Shown: positions 9,322 to 17,988, numbered from the stretch's first letter. The stretch: DNA of 64,000 nucleotides from Alphaproteobacteria bacterium UBA1185 (GCA_002310415.1 DBYN01000001.1:4332-68331); one strand, 5' to 3'. Notes: generated from the letters alone by a model not told the origin. Numbers and translations: made by a program.

Positions 9322-10020
9322 TTAATTCATATTTTTTATTATAGGTACAAATGTTTCAGATTTCAAGGATGCCCGTCCAACCATAAACCCATCAACATGC
9401 GGTATATCTATAAAATCGGTTGTATTTCCCGCATTCACACTGCCACCGTATAAAACAGGCATCTTTTCACAATGTATCGTTTTCAGTGTTTCAAATATTA
9501 TTTTGTGAATTGATTCTATTTCTTTTGCCGTTGGGGTTACACCAGTACCAATCGCCCAACGGGGTTCATACGCAACGATAAATTTACCAACCTCAGGAAC
9601 AGATTCCAATAACATTCTCTTTATTACTGACCTTGTTTTGCCTTGTTTATGCTCGATTTCAGATTCGCCTATGCAAACAATGGGGATAATACCATTTTGA
9701 AGTGCTATATTTGCTTTGTTTTTTACAATTGCGTTTGTTTCATGATGGTAACGTCGCCGTTCACTGTGTCCAACAATAACATATTTTACCCCCAAATCTT
9801 TTAACATAGTACCAGAAATATCACCTGTAAAAGCCCCATTTGGATACAAACTGATATCCTGGGCGCCAAGTGCAATTTTAGTTTTTGTATCATTTAATAA
9901 CGTAAATGGCAGACATAAAATCACTTTTGTCTTGGGTTTCAAATGATTTAGCGAACCTAAAAGTCGCTTTTTTTCTTTGATATTTCCATTAGATTTCCAA
10001 TTTCCAACCAAAAATTTCAT
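9322..10020 (-). CDS. tpiA: Triosephosphate isomerase
   Basis: MKFLVGNWKSNG, VIVGHSERRRYHHE, AYEPRWAIGTG and YGGSVN are canonical TIM motifs. Confidence 0.9.
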   Translation of the reverse strand: MKFLVGNWKSNGNIKEKKRLLGSLNHLKPKTKVILCLPFTLLNDTKTKIALGAQDISLYPNGAFTGDISGTMLKDLGVKYVIVGHSERRRYHHETNAIVKNKANIALQNGIIPIVCIGESEIEHKQGKTRSVIKRMLLESVPEVGKFIVAYEPRWAIGTGVTPTAKEIESIHKIIFETLKTIHCEKMPVLYGGSVNAGNTTDFIDIPHVDGFMVGRASLKSETFVPIIKNMN

Positions 10021-10085
10021 AATATTTTCCTTTTTTATTGATTTTATCTATATTATTCTGCTATGTTATCGCAAAAGGTGGAAAA

Positions 10086-11498
10086 ATGCTAGAATATTTA
10101 CGTAATGCCGCAGAAAAAACTTGGGCAAAGATTTTAATGTTTGTTTTGATTTTCAGTTTTGTTGGCTGGGGGGCTGCTGAATGGATTTTCAGTGGCGCAT
10201 CACGCGATACTACTTTGGTTCGTGTTGGGGGTGCTGACATTTCGGTTCAACAGTTTAATAATGAACGCTCTCGTCAGTTGGCTACTATGTCCAAAGAAGA
10301 ACAGCGCACCACGTATACAGATTCTGCAAAATCTGCTGCACTAACACAAAAGGTTATTGGAACGCTAACTATGAATCAATTGGCATTAAATCGCGCAAAA
10401 GATTTGGGATATTTTGTTTCTGATAAACGAATCGCTGATGAAATTCGTTCTTACCCGCAATTCCAGAATAACGGTCATTTTGAACCTTGGATGTTTGATA
10501 TGGTCTTGCAAAATTCTGGTTTGACAGAACGTGATTTTGCGAACATATTGCGCAACGATGTTTTACGCCAAATGTCCCTTGGCGCGGTCAGCACACCAAT
10601 TGATGTCCCCGAATTTGCAGTTAACGCACTTTACAATGCACGTTATGCAAAGCGTGAAATAAAATATTTACCTGTGAAATTTTCTGATTTCACTGTCAAT
10701 GAACCAACAGTTGAACAATTAAAAACTTATTATGCACAAAATCCGAAGATTGTACCTGAACAACGTTCTGTGTCATATGTCTTTGTTTCTGCGGATATGA
10801 ATAAACCAGATGAATACGATGCTGGATTTAAAAAGGCTCAACAGGTTGAAGATATGATTATATCTGGCTCTTCTATGCAAGAAGCCGCGGATAAATTCAA
10901 AATTAAATACGTAACAATTCCTGCCTTTGCACGTAATGCCAACATTGATGACAAGGTTTTATCTGAAAATTTGGTGAACAAGGTATTTAGTATGAATGCA
11001 GGTATGGAAAGCGAATTAATGGAATTAAAAGACGGATTTGTTATCTTACGTGTTGATGATATTGTGGCTGAACATAACGCAGATTTTGAATCTGTTCAAA
11101 ACACCTTGATTGCAAATTGGAAAAAGGCAGAACAACGCAAAAACGCGTATATCAAAGCAAACGAAATATTAGTTGAATTGAACAAAGGTGGCGACTTTAA
11201 AAATGCTAAATCTGCAACAGTATCCAGAACAGAAGGCGCACCAATAGTTGTATTAAATTCCGCATTTGCGCAACGTAATGGCGAAAATATTATCACAGAA
11301 GATACTGATGCTTTCTATGTTTTGCATATTGATAAAAATGTAGCACCCAAAATGGATTCTACAAAACACGAAGCGATTCGCAAAGAATTGAAAAATATGA
11401 CCGCACGCTATGTTAGTGATGATTATGGACAATTTTTGAAACGCAAATATCCTGTAAAAATAAACCAAAGAACTTTTGACAGGTTTATTACAAAATAA
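10086..11498 (+). CDS. PpiD-like periplasmic chaperone (SurA N-terminal domain protein)
   Basis: Start moved to the ATG at 10086, preceded by AAAGGTGG. The N-terminus MLEYLRNAAEKTWAKILMFVLIFSFVGWG (membrane anchor) and overall layout resemble PpiD. No clear parvulin catalytic motif seen. Confidence 0.65.
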   Translation: MLEYLRNAAEKTWAKILMFVLIFSFVGWGAAEWIFSGASRDTTLVRVGGADISVQQFNNERSRQLATMSKEEQRTTYTDSAKSAALTQKVIGTLTMNQLALNRAKDLGYFVSDKRIADEIRSYPQFQNNGHFEPWMFDMVLQNSGLTERDFANILRNDVLRQMSLGAVSTPIDVPEFAVNALYNARYAKREIKYLPVKFSDFTVNEPTVEQLKTYYAQNPKIVPEQRSVSYVFVSADMNKPDEYDAGFKKAQQVEDMIISGSSMQEAADKFKIKYVTIPAFARNANIDDKVLSENLVNKVFSMNAGMESELMELKDGFVILRVDDIVAEHNADFESVQNTLIANWKKAEQRKNAYIKANEILVELNKGGDFKNAKSATVSRTEGAPIVVLNSAFAQRNGENIITEDTDAFYVLHIDKNVAPKMDSTKHEAIRKELKNMTARYVSDDYGQFLKRKYPVKINQRTFDRFITK

Positions 11499-11558
11499 AA
11501 GTTGCCCATTTGGGCGATTTTTATTTATAACATATTTAATATCTACTATAATTTACCT

Positions 11559-12206
11559 ATGCAAATTGAAAGTGTCGGAATTTTAATAAGCATGTATCCG
11601 TTTTCAGAACGCGATATGATTGCACATATTTTCACCAAAGATGCCGGTGTTTGGGTTGGTGTATTGCGTGGTGCTGTGATTGCAAAAAAAAATAAACCTT
11701 TGGTTGGTCAATTTGGCGCAGTATCTTGGAATGCACGTCTGGATTCACAACTTGGAACATTTCATTGGGAATCAGAAAAAAATTTATCTGCACCGTTAAT
11801 GCAAGATAATAATTTATTAAAATTAATGAATTCGGCATTTGCGTTGATTACTACTTTGATTCCAGAACGCGAATCATATGAACGATTATACATAGATACT
11901 TTGCAATTGTTAAAAGATTTGGCTATGTCCGATTCACCAAATGATATTTATTTGAAATGGGAAATTGATTTATTGACAGAATTGGGGTATGCATTAGATT
12001 TATCAAAATGTTCTGGATGTAAATGTCAAAATAATTTACGCTATGTTTCCCCAAAAACGGGGCGTGCAGTTTGCGCAGACTGCGGCAAACCGTATCACGA
12101 TAAACTTTATAAATTACCATTATCTTTGGACATAACCGGGCATTTTATATCTGATATTTGCCAAACTCAAGGGGTTGAAATTCCACTTGCACGAAAAATG
12201 TTATAA
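11559..12206 (+). CDS. recO: DNA repair protein RecO
   Basis: Start set at MQIESVGILISMYPFSERDMIAHIFT, which is the RecO OB-fold N-terminus. The C-terminal Cys4 zinc motif is CSGCKC..x..CADC. Confidence 0.8.
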   Translation: MQIESVGILISMYPFSERDMIAHIFTKDAGVWVGVLRGAVIAKKNKPLVGQFGAVSWNARLDSQLGTFHWESEKNLSAPLMQDNNLLKLMNSAFALITTLIPERESYERLYIDTLQLLKDLAMSDSPNDIYLKWEIDLLTELGYALDLSKCSGCKCQNNLRYVSPKTGRAVCADCGKPYHDKLYKLPLSLDITGHFISDICQTQGVEIPLARKML

Positions 12207-12222
12207 TTTTCAAATTTTTTTG

Positions 12223-12251
12223 TTGCATGGGAATATTTTTTTTTCTAATAT
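12223..12251 (+). promoter_or_regulatory. Sigma70-like promoter upstream of the DsbA-like gene
   Basis: TTGCAT (12223-12228), a 17-nt spacer containing a T9 run, then TAATAT (12246-12251). AAAGGAG Shine-Dalgarno before the ATG at 12279. Confidence 0.4.
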
Positions 12252-12278
12252 TTTCTTGTTCAAACAAAGGAGAAAATT

Positions 12279-13100
12279 ATGACTTGGACAATAATCATCC
12301 TGATTGCCGCGATTGCATTGTATATGTTTGGGCATATATTGCTAAAACGCGACAACAAGAAAACATCTTTAATGGATGTTGTTATGCACAAAGGCATCTC
12401 TGCAATCGCAATTATTTTGATTGCTGGTTGTATGGTTCGCCTGGTTGTACCTGTGTACTTGACCAAAACAAATCCTGCTATATTGCAAGAAATGGTTACG
12501 TCTATGCAGGCTCAGCAAGAACAAGAAAAGAACAAAGTTGTTCGCAAATACGTCAAAGATCATGCTAATGATATGATTGGTGATGCACCAATTGCTGGTA
12601 ACGTAGATGCAACCAAGACAATATTCTTGTGGTCTGACTATTCTTGCCCATATTGCCGTCGTGTACATGGTGATTTGATGCGTGTATTGGCGGAACGTAA
12701 CGACGTTCGTTTGGTGTTGAAAAACTTCTCTATTCATGGCGCATTGTCTGATGCACCAGCCAAAGCAGTTATCGCTGCTAAAATCCAAGATAATGCAAAA
12801 GCAGTTGCATTGGATAAATTGTTGATGGATAAAGAATATTATTCACACGAAGATATGAAAGACAAAGACAAATTGGCTAGCAAAATCGAAGCAAATGTTA
12901 TGAAATTAGCAAAAGAAGCTGGTTTGGATACAAAAAAATTGGCAGAAGATATGAAAGGCGATGTTGTTAAAAACGAATTGAAACAAGTTCGTGAATTGGC
13001 ACAACGTTTTGAAATCAGCGGTACACCATATTTGATTATCGGTGAACAAGCGTTCCCTGGTGCTATCCCATATGCCAAAATTATCGAAGCATTGAAATAA
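12279..13100 (+). CDS. Membrane-anchored DsbA-family thiol:disulfide oxidoreductase
   Basis: N-terminal TM helices (WTIIILIAAIALYMFGHILL; AIAIILIAGCMVRLVV) and a thioredoxin-fold CPYC active site in LWSDYSCPYCRRVH. The tail GTPYLIIGEQAFPGAIPY carries the cis-Pro loop context. Confidence 0.8.
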   Translation: MTWTIIILIAAIALYMFGHILLKRDNKKTSLMDVVMHKGISAIAIILIAGCMVRLVVPVYLTKTNPAILQEMVTSMQAQQEQEKNKVVRKYVKDHANDMIGDAPIAGNVDATKTIFLWSDYSCPYCRRVHGDLMRVLAERNDVRLVLKNFSIHGALSDAPAKAVIAAKIQDNAKAVALDKLLMDKEYYSHEDMKDKDKLASKIEANVMKLAKEAGLDTKKLAEDMKGDVVKNELKQVRELAQRFEISGTPYLIIGEQAFPGAIPYAKIIEALK

Positions 13101-13117
13101 TATTTGTGCAATTTAAT

Positions 13118-13144
13118 ACACCCGCGATTCGCGGGTGTTTTTTA
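13118..13144 (+). terminator. Rho-independent terminator after the DsbA-like gene
   Basis: ACACCCGCG-ATTC-GCGGGTGT stem-loop followed by a T run. Confidence 0.8.
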
Positions 13145-13216
13145 TGCTATATTAAAATTCTTGACTTTTTATTATTTTTGTCTATAATTATACAAACGTT
13201 AACCAAAGGAATACAA

Positions 13217-13507
13217 ATGTCAAAAAGTTATCATGAATTAGAAATAGAAAACCAAGAATTAAAAAAGCATATTTTACAACAACAACAAGAATTGCAAGAT
13301 TTGCAAACTGTTGTTCAACATCAAAAACAAGACATATTTGATAAACAACAAGGCATTACCGATCGCGATATGTTATTAGTCGCTTTTAAAAACAGATTAG
13401 TTTTTAAAAAACATTGGTGGCAACGCATTATACAAAATAAAAGTGATACAAACTATCTGTTAACACAGTTGACTAACTTGTGGACCAACCACAAACAAAA
13501 ACAGTAA
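13217..13507 (+). CDS. Small Gln-rich coiled-coil protein, unknown function
   Basis: Start set at the ATG at 13217 after AAGGAATAC. Sequence begins MSKSYHELEIENQELKKHILQQQQELQDLQTVVQHQKQ with heptad-like character. The upstream part of the tracked ORF overlaps the terminator. Confidence 0.45.
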   Translation: MSKSYHELEIENQELKKHILQQQQELQDLQTVVQHQKQDIFDKQQGITDRDMLLVAFKNRLVFKKHWWQRIIQNKSDTNYLLTQLTNLWTNHKQKQ

Positions 13508-13592
13508 GTATTCGTAATAACACGACAAGAATATTTTTTACCAACAAACACTGCAAAGCATCGTTATTTGCTTATTAAATAATATCCACGCT

Positions 13593-14816
13593 TTAATTAT
13601 CAAAACCCATACATCTTCTGTATGATTGCCTGTCGCGTTTTGTCCAACATTGTTTAAACAAAGAATCCTTTGCACCCTTGTCTTTAAGTGGTCCATAATA
13701 CAAATCCAAATAACCTATTGATGTAATTTTGCATTTACCGTCTACATTTTTCCCCTTATACATACACCGACACTCCGACAAATCTTCGTTAGGTTCTTGC
13801 AACAACGGACATTTTTTTACCTGTTTAAGCGGTGGAATATTAATAACATTTCCTTTGTTATCGGTTGTTGTAGCTGGTCCGCCAGGACAATACAAGCGCC
13901 CTTCTTGCGCAGTTTTTACCCACTCGGGATTAGAATCACATCTTACACACTTGCTATTCGCATGGACATAAACATTACCAGCTTCACATGATGGGGCAAA
14001 TTTAAAAGTCGGATTTACACTGCCATTTCCCCAATTATTATAATGTACTTCGTTTTTTGTTATTCCCTGAGGCACATCTTTAATTTCAGTCACGACGACA
14101 TCACCAGGACAATCGTAGTCCATTGTACAAGACTCACAACAGCTTATTGTATCTGTATTCTGTTTAATCCTATTTATAAACGTTGAACGATCTGGAACAT
14201 GATATCTAGTGGAACAAGCAAATTTACCAACTACTTCAAACGTTTCTGTATTAATATATACATCACCCCAACTAGTATTCCTTCCTCTCTCATTCGGATC
14301 ACATTTTACAATCTTGGTACATTTTGCAGAACACGAATTACAATCTGTCACATTATAAGTATACTCATGCTCAGAATATTTATTACATTTAAACGTCGTT
14401 ACAACACAAGCGGTTTTAGCATCATTGACATTCCATTCAACTTCAGCCATACTTGATACATCATAACCTGCTTTTGCCTTCTTAAGACATTGTTGTTTTT
14501 CGGTATCATTTGTATTTGTAGTGCTACAATTGCATTTGCCATGCTCTTCGTTAAATTCATCCACATCACCATCACAAACTTCAGCACCTTCAAACTCATA
14601 ACCCGTACACACCATCCCACTTGGACAATCTACACACTTAGACACCCCATTTTTTATCTGGAGATATTTTCCTGGCTTACATTTCTGCGGCTCTATATAA
14701 GTAGAGTCACACGAACCACCCCCATAACAATTTGGAACCAAAAACAAAAACATGGTAAAGAACACCAGGCAACGCTTTAATTTTGTATGTAGTTCTGCGG
14801 GTTCCAGCATACTCAT
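13593..14816 (-). CDS. Secreted cysteine-rich protein with furin-like / ephrin-receptor-like repeats
   Basis: Signal-like N-terminus (CLVFFTMFLFLVPNCYG). I count about 30 Cys in the mature part by hand. Repeats of the type CKPGKYLQIKNGVSKCVDCPSGMVCTG and NSKCVRCDSNPEW..GRLYCPGG are present. Confidence 0.7.
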   Translation of the reverse strand: MSMLEPAELHTKLKRCLVFFTMFLFLVPNCYGGGSCDSTYIEPQKCKPGKYLQIKNGVSKCVDCPSGMVCTGYEFEGAEVCDGDVDEFNEEHGKCNCSTTNTNDTEKQQCLKKAKAGYDVSSMAEVEWNVNDAKTACVVTTFKCNKYSEHEYTYNVTDCNSCSAKCTKIVKCDPNERGRNTSWGDVYINTETFEVVGKFACSTRYHVPDRSTFINRIKQNTDTISCCESCTMDYDCPGDVVVTEIKDVPQGITKNEVHYNNWGNGSVNPTFKFAPSCEAGNVYVHANSKCVRCDSNPEWVKTAQEGRLYCPGGPATTTDNKGNVINIPPLKQVKKCPLLQEPNEDLSECRCMYKGKNVDGKCKITSIGYLDLYYGPLKDKGAKDSLFKQCWTKRDRQSYRRCMGFDN

Positions 14817-14976
14817 GTACTTTTTTATTCCTTTACTTTCTTTATATTACTTTTTCGCATTATATCTTATTCTACTATTTCATGACAAGAACTTTTATCA
14901 TATTTTCATAAATAACACATCGGAAAAATTTCAAAACACAAACACTACGCACATAAATACCAAGTAATTTGCAACA

Positions 14977-15858
14977 TTACTTTGCATTACCCTGCCCTGA
15001 TTTCACAACGATTTCAACAGGCATCTGATGACGAGGAAATTGAAACAAATCATTTATATCTGGCATTTCTATTTTTGTTTCATATTTTGTTTTTGCCTGC
15101 ACGATGGCATCATCAAAAAATTTTTTCTTTTCAATTGCGTATCTTGGGTTTATATTTAGCAAAATTTTTATTGCATCCAAAGCATCTTCGCAAATACATT
15201 TTACTTTATACGCATATTTAGTTGCATAATCTTTATTCCCAGAAGGACGATTATTACGAAATTCCACAGGCAATTTTTCCATTTCAATAATTTTAGCGTA
15301 ACATTGTTCTACAATTTTTGTTGCTATTTTACTGTCCATATCATAACGCATTTTCAGCAAAGCATTTAAATCAGCAACTGTGGCATGCTTATTATTAGCC
15401 AACATAGTTAACGCACGCACTTTGTCTGATGTGCGCAAACATTCAGTATGATTTGCAAATGCATGCATAATGTAATACTGGGCTTTGGTACTTTGAAATA
15501 AATCTTTGACACCCAACAAACACTTAAAAGCCGAAACAGAATCCAGTGGTCGTTTTTTATTTGGAAACAAGAAATACACAGATTGCCATAATTCAATCAA
15601 AGATTTAGTGTGTGGTGAATTTGGATTATTCGCACAAAAAATTGCCGCCCTTGCCAAATAAGCATTAGCCGCATCCCTTTCTGAATATTCTTTGACCGAA
15701 ACAAGTTTTTCCAGATTTGTCAGAATCTTTTTGTCATTATCAGTCATCTCTCTGAACCCAGCAATACAATCAAACAAATCTTTCTTGAAATCCCAAGCCA
15801 TATCCAAGGCCCATGCAAAAGTGTTTTTATTAAACACGAAATTTGGTGTCTGTGTCAT
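14977..15858 (-). CDS. Hypothetical all-alpha protein
   Basis: Start set at the ATG at 15856-15858 (MTQTPNFVFNK) with AAGAGG upstream. No signal peptide and no motif recognised. Confidence 0.55.
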   Translation of the reverse strand: MTQTPNFVFNKNTFAWALDMAWDFKKDLFDCIAGFREMTDNDKKILTNLEKLVSVKEYSERDAANAYLARAAIFCANNPNSPHTKSLIELWQSVYFLFPNKKRPLDSVSAFKCLLGVKDLFQSTKAQYYIMHAFANHTECLRTSDKVRALTMLANNKHATVADLNALLKMRYDMDSKIATKIVEQCYAKIIEMEKLPVEFRNNRPSGNKDYATKYAYKVKCICEDALDAIKILLNINPRYAIEKKKFFDDAIVQAKTKYETKIEMPDINDLFQFPRHQMPVEIVVKSGQGNAK

Positions 15859-15974
15859 ATCAAACCTCTTGTTTTGTGTTTGTTTTGTTACCCACCCTGT
15901 TGTAATCATAATTAACCACCCGAATCGATTTGTCAAACAGTATTAGTCCAAAACATAAATTTTTGTATTTTCGG

Positions 15975-16002
15975 TTGCATTATTAAAAAAAATGTTTATA
16001 AT
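15975..16002 (+). promoter_or_regulatory. Sigma70-like promoter of tRNA-Pro(UGG)
   Basis: TTGCAT (15975-15980), a 16-nt spacer, then TATAAT (15997-16002), 12 nt before the tRNA 5' end. Confidence 0.55.
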
Positions 16003-16014
16003 AACTCTCGTTTT

Positions 16015-16091
16015 CGGAGCGTAGCTCAGTCTGGTAGAGTACTTGGTTTGGGACCAAGGTGTCGAAGGTTCGAATCCTTTCGCTCCGACCA
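16015..16091 (+). tRNA. tRNA-Pro (anticodon UGG)
   Basis: Manual cloverleaf. Acceptor CGGAGCG/CGCTCCG, D arm GCTC-AGTCTGGTA-GAGT, anticodon arm CTTGG-TTTGGGA-CCAAG (TGG at 34-36, G37), T arm GAAGG-TTCGAAT-CCTTT, encoded CCA. Confidence 0.9.
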
Positions 16092-16100
16092 CAAAATTTA

Positions 16101-16130
16101 AACCACCACTTTTATGGTGGTTTTAATTTT
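16101..16130 (+). terminator. Rho-independent terminator after tRNA-Pro(UGG)
   Basis: AACCACCA-CTTTTA-TGGTGGTT stem-loop followed by TTAATTTT. Confidence 0.65.
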
Positions 16131-16173
16131 GTGTTCTGGCGAAATTTGGATTTGACACATTACAACGAAGTTG

Positions 16174-16202
16174 TCAGGTTCGACAAGCAGTAGATTTTGC
16201 AA
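16174..16202 (+). repeat. Conserved 29-nt element, copy A (copy B at 20345-20373)
   Basis: TCAGGTTCGACAAGCAGTAGATTTTGCAA compared with TCAGGTTCGACAACAAGTAGATTTCACAA gives 25/29 identical by hand alignment. Both copies lie downstream of a tRNA-Pro terminator in the same orientation. Confidence 0.6.
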
Positions 16203-16253
16203 GCGCCAGCGCAGCGAAATCGTCACGATTGCCCCGCAGGGCTTTGCCCGAGG

Positions 16254-16307
16254 GAATCTTTCGCTCCGACCACGAAATTCAAAACCGCCATTAAAGGCGG
16301 TTTTTTG
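16254..16307 (+). repeat. Direct duplication of the tRNA-Pro(UGG) 3' end plus terminator (att-like scar)
   Basis: GAATCTTTCGCTCCGACCACGAAATTC (16254-16280) matches tRNA positions 16072-16099 (GAATCCTTTCGCTCCGACCACAAAATTT), with an exact 15-nt run TTTCGCTCCGACCAC. A second, similar terminator hairpin follows: ACCGCC-ATTAAA-GGCGGT plus a T run. Confidence 0.7.
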
Positions 16308-16416
16308 TTTGGTTTCAAATATCTTCGCTAAGTTCGAATGTCGTATTTTTTCAAACAGCAATTTTCAGTGCATTTTCGAACTTTTTATGATAAAATATGG
16401 AACAAAAAGGTGAATT

Positions 16417-17133
16417 ATGCCAGACCAAGAAATTATTGACAAAGTTAATAGTGTTTTAAAAGATATTGGTAATTTTTTCGACCAAGCGAATATTATCCCT
16501 GAATCTTATAAAAGAATGGCGGAACGAACTGGGACGACAGACGAATTTTTCTATCGAAATTTGTGGTTAAATGATAAAAATCATAAATACAAACCAAATC
16601 AAAATATGTTTTCATTTAATGCTAATGAAATTGAAAAATACAGGATACCTTCATATGTCGTTGGATGTTCTGGTCGGGCCAATTTATTTGCAAAATATGC
16701 CCAAGAAGGCAAAAACGCTATAAGTCCAACAGATATACGCATTATCCCATGCATACAAATATCCAGTATTGGAACAAAACCAATGCATGGTCATCAAATA
16801 ATAGCCATCAAAATGTCAAATGGTTGGCAACTTATAAATGAAAATAAACGCGACATAACCAACGCAAAAATAGACATAGGAAATACCAACATACAAGATA
16901 TTAATTCTATAATTGGACAAGACATAGACGCTTTAAATCATGGTAAACCAGAATTTAGAGTTGCCGCCGTATTAACACCGGAAGAACATTTGCAAATAAA
17001 TTCTTCTGAAAAATTACAGGATGTTTATGCTATGAAAGCATACAAATTCAAATCTGGTGCCAAAGCAATCCAAGATGAAGAAATTTCACAATTTCAAAAT
17101 ATGAATTTTATAAATCAACAGCAAAACAATTAA
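16417..17133 (+). CDS. Hypothetical protein, possible papain/transglutaminase-like Cys-His fold
   Basis: 238 aa with no signal peptide. YVVGCSGRANLFAKYA (Cys at a helix N-terminus), then PMHGHQIIAIKMSNGWQLINEN (His in a strand, downstream Asn/Glu). The C-terminus is Q/N-rich. The fold assignment is inference only. Confidence 0.35.
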   Translation: MPDQEIIDKVNSVLKDIGNFFDQANIIPESYKRMAERTGTTDEFFYRNLWLNDKNHKYKPNQNMFSFNANEIEKYRIPSYVVGCSGRANLFAKYAQEGKNAISPTDIRIIPCIQISSIGTKPMHGHQIIAIKMSNGWQLINENKRDITNAKIDIGNTNIQDINSIIGQDIDALNHGKPEFRVAAVLTPEEHLQINSSEKLQDVYAMKAYKFKSGAKAIQDEEISQFQNMNFINQQQNN

Positions 17134-17231
17134 TTCACATTTAATTTTTTCATCAGACAATCTCAAAATATACAGTTCAAAAATTACTATTTTTATACCA
17201 TTTTCGAACTTGCTGTGTTATAATATTCCAC

Positions 17232-17873
17232 ATGAAACGTGATATTTATATTTTCAGGCATGGTGAAACAGATTATAATGTAAACAAACGTATGCAGGGC
17301 TGGTTGGATATCCCCCTTAACGAAAACGGTATCGCTCAAGCACATTTATTATCTAAAAAAATGTCCAATATAAATTTGGATTGTGTTTATTCTTCTCCGC
17401 TGTCTCGTGCATTAGATACGGCAAAAATAGTCGCACCAAATACTAAAATCATAACCAACGACGGTTTAAAAGAATGGAACCTTGGTGTATTCAATGGCAA
17501 AATTATACACATAACCGCAGAGTCAGCAAACACACCAATTGATATGGATTCTGATATTGTAAATATTCCATTAAGCCTATGTTCTGATGATGACTGGTTA
17601 CCAAACGATGGTGAAAGTCGCAACATGTTAAAACAACGTGTATGCGATACAGTTATCGACATATTGCAAAATACAGATGCAAAGACAATCGGAATTTCCA
17701 CACATGGGGGTGTAATAAAAGTTTTAGTAAAACATTTCACAAATTTAAATTGGCCTCGCGATGGTATTCCAAATGCAGAATATTTAAAAATGCAATGGGA
17801 TGGGAAAAAACTTATTGTGTCAACTCCATATCCAAATTGGTTATTTCCAATCAATGATTTAGCGGCAAAATAA
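17232..17873 (+). CDS. Histidine phosphatase family protein (phosphoglycerate mutase-like)
   Basis: IYIFRHGETDYN is the catalytic RHG motif. LSRALDTA and ISTHGGVIK provide the second His. Confidence 0.8.
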   Translation: MKRDIYIFRHGETDYNVNKRMQGWLDIPLNENGIAQAHLLSKKMSNINLDCVYSSPLSRALDTAKIVAPNTKIITNDGLKEWNLGVFNGKIIHITAESANTPIDMDSDIVNIPLSLCSDDDWLPNDGESRNMLKQRVCDTVIDILQNTDAKTIGISTHGGVIKVLVKHFTNLNWPRDGIPNAEYLKMQWDGKKLIVSTPYPNWLFPINDLAAK

Positions 17874-17988
17874 CAGACAGATAAAAATTTTTTTACATCT
17901 GCAATCTTTTGCCCTATCCCAACAATCTCAGTTCAAGAATTTTTCACCCAGCACGACCAGATTAAATAAAAACCAAAGCCAAAATTAT

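Noticed and set aside
12236-12244. T9 homopolymer inside the spacer of the putative DsbA-like promoter, considered as a phase-variation tract
   Set aside because: The tract is short, AT homopolymers of this length are common in this genome, and there is no evidence of length variation.
12227-12568. 113-aa ORF in an alternative frame overlapping the 5' part of the DsbA-like gene, and the long N-terminal extensions proposed by the ORF track for eno, ligA, recO, groES, ppiD, PFOR, HIT and MBL
   Set aside because: The conserved N-termini of these families start at internal ATGs that are preceded by Shine-Dalgarno-like sequences. The extensions are Ile/Phe/Lys-rich read-through of promoter or terminator DNA.
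16098-16413. ORFs 16098-16361 (-) and 16171-16413 (+) in the region downstream of tRNA-Pro(UGG)
   Set aside because: They run across two terminator hairpins and the duplicated tRNA 3' end. The region is better explained as non-coding repeat or scar sequence.
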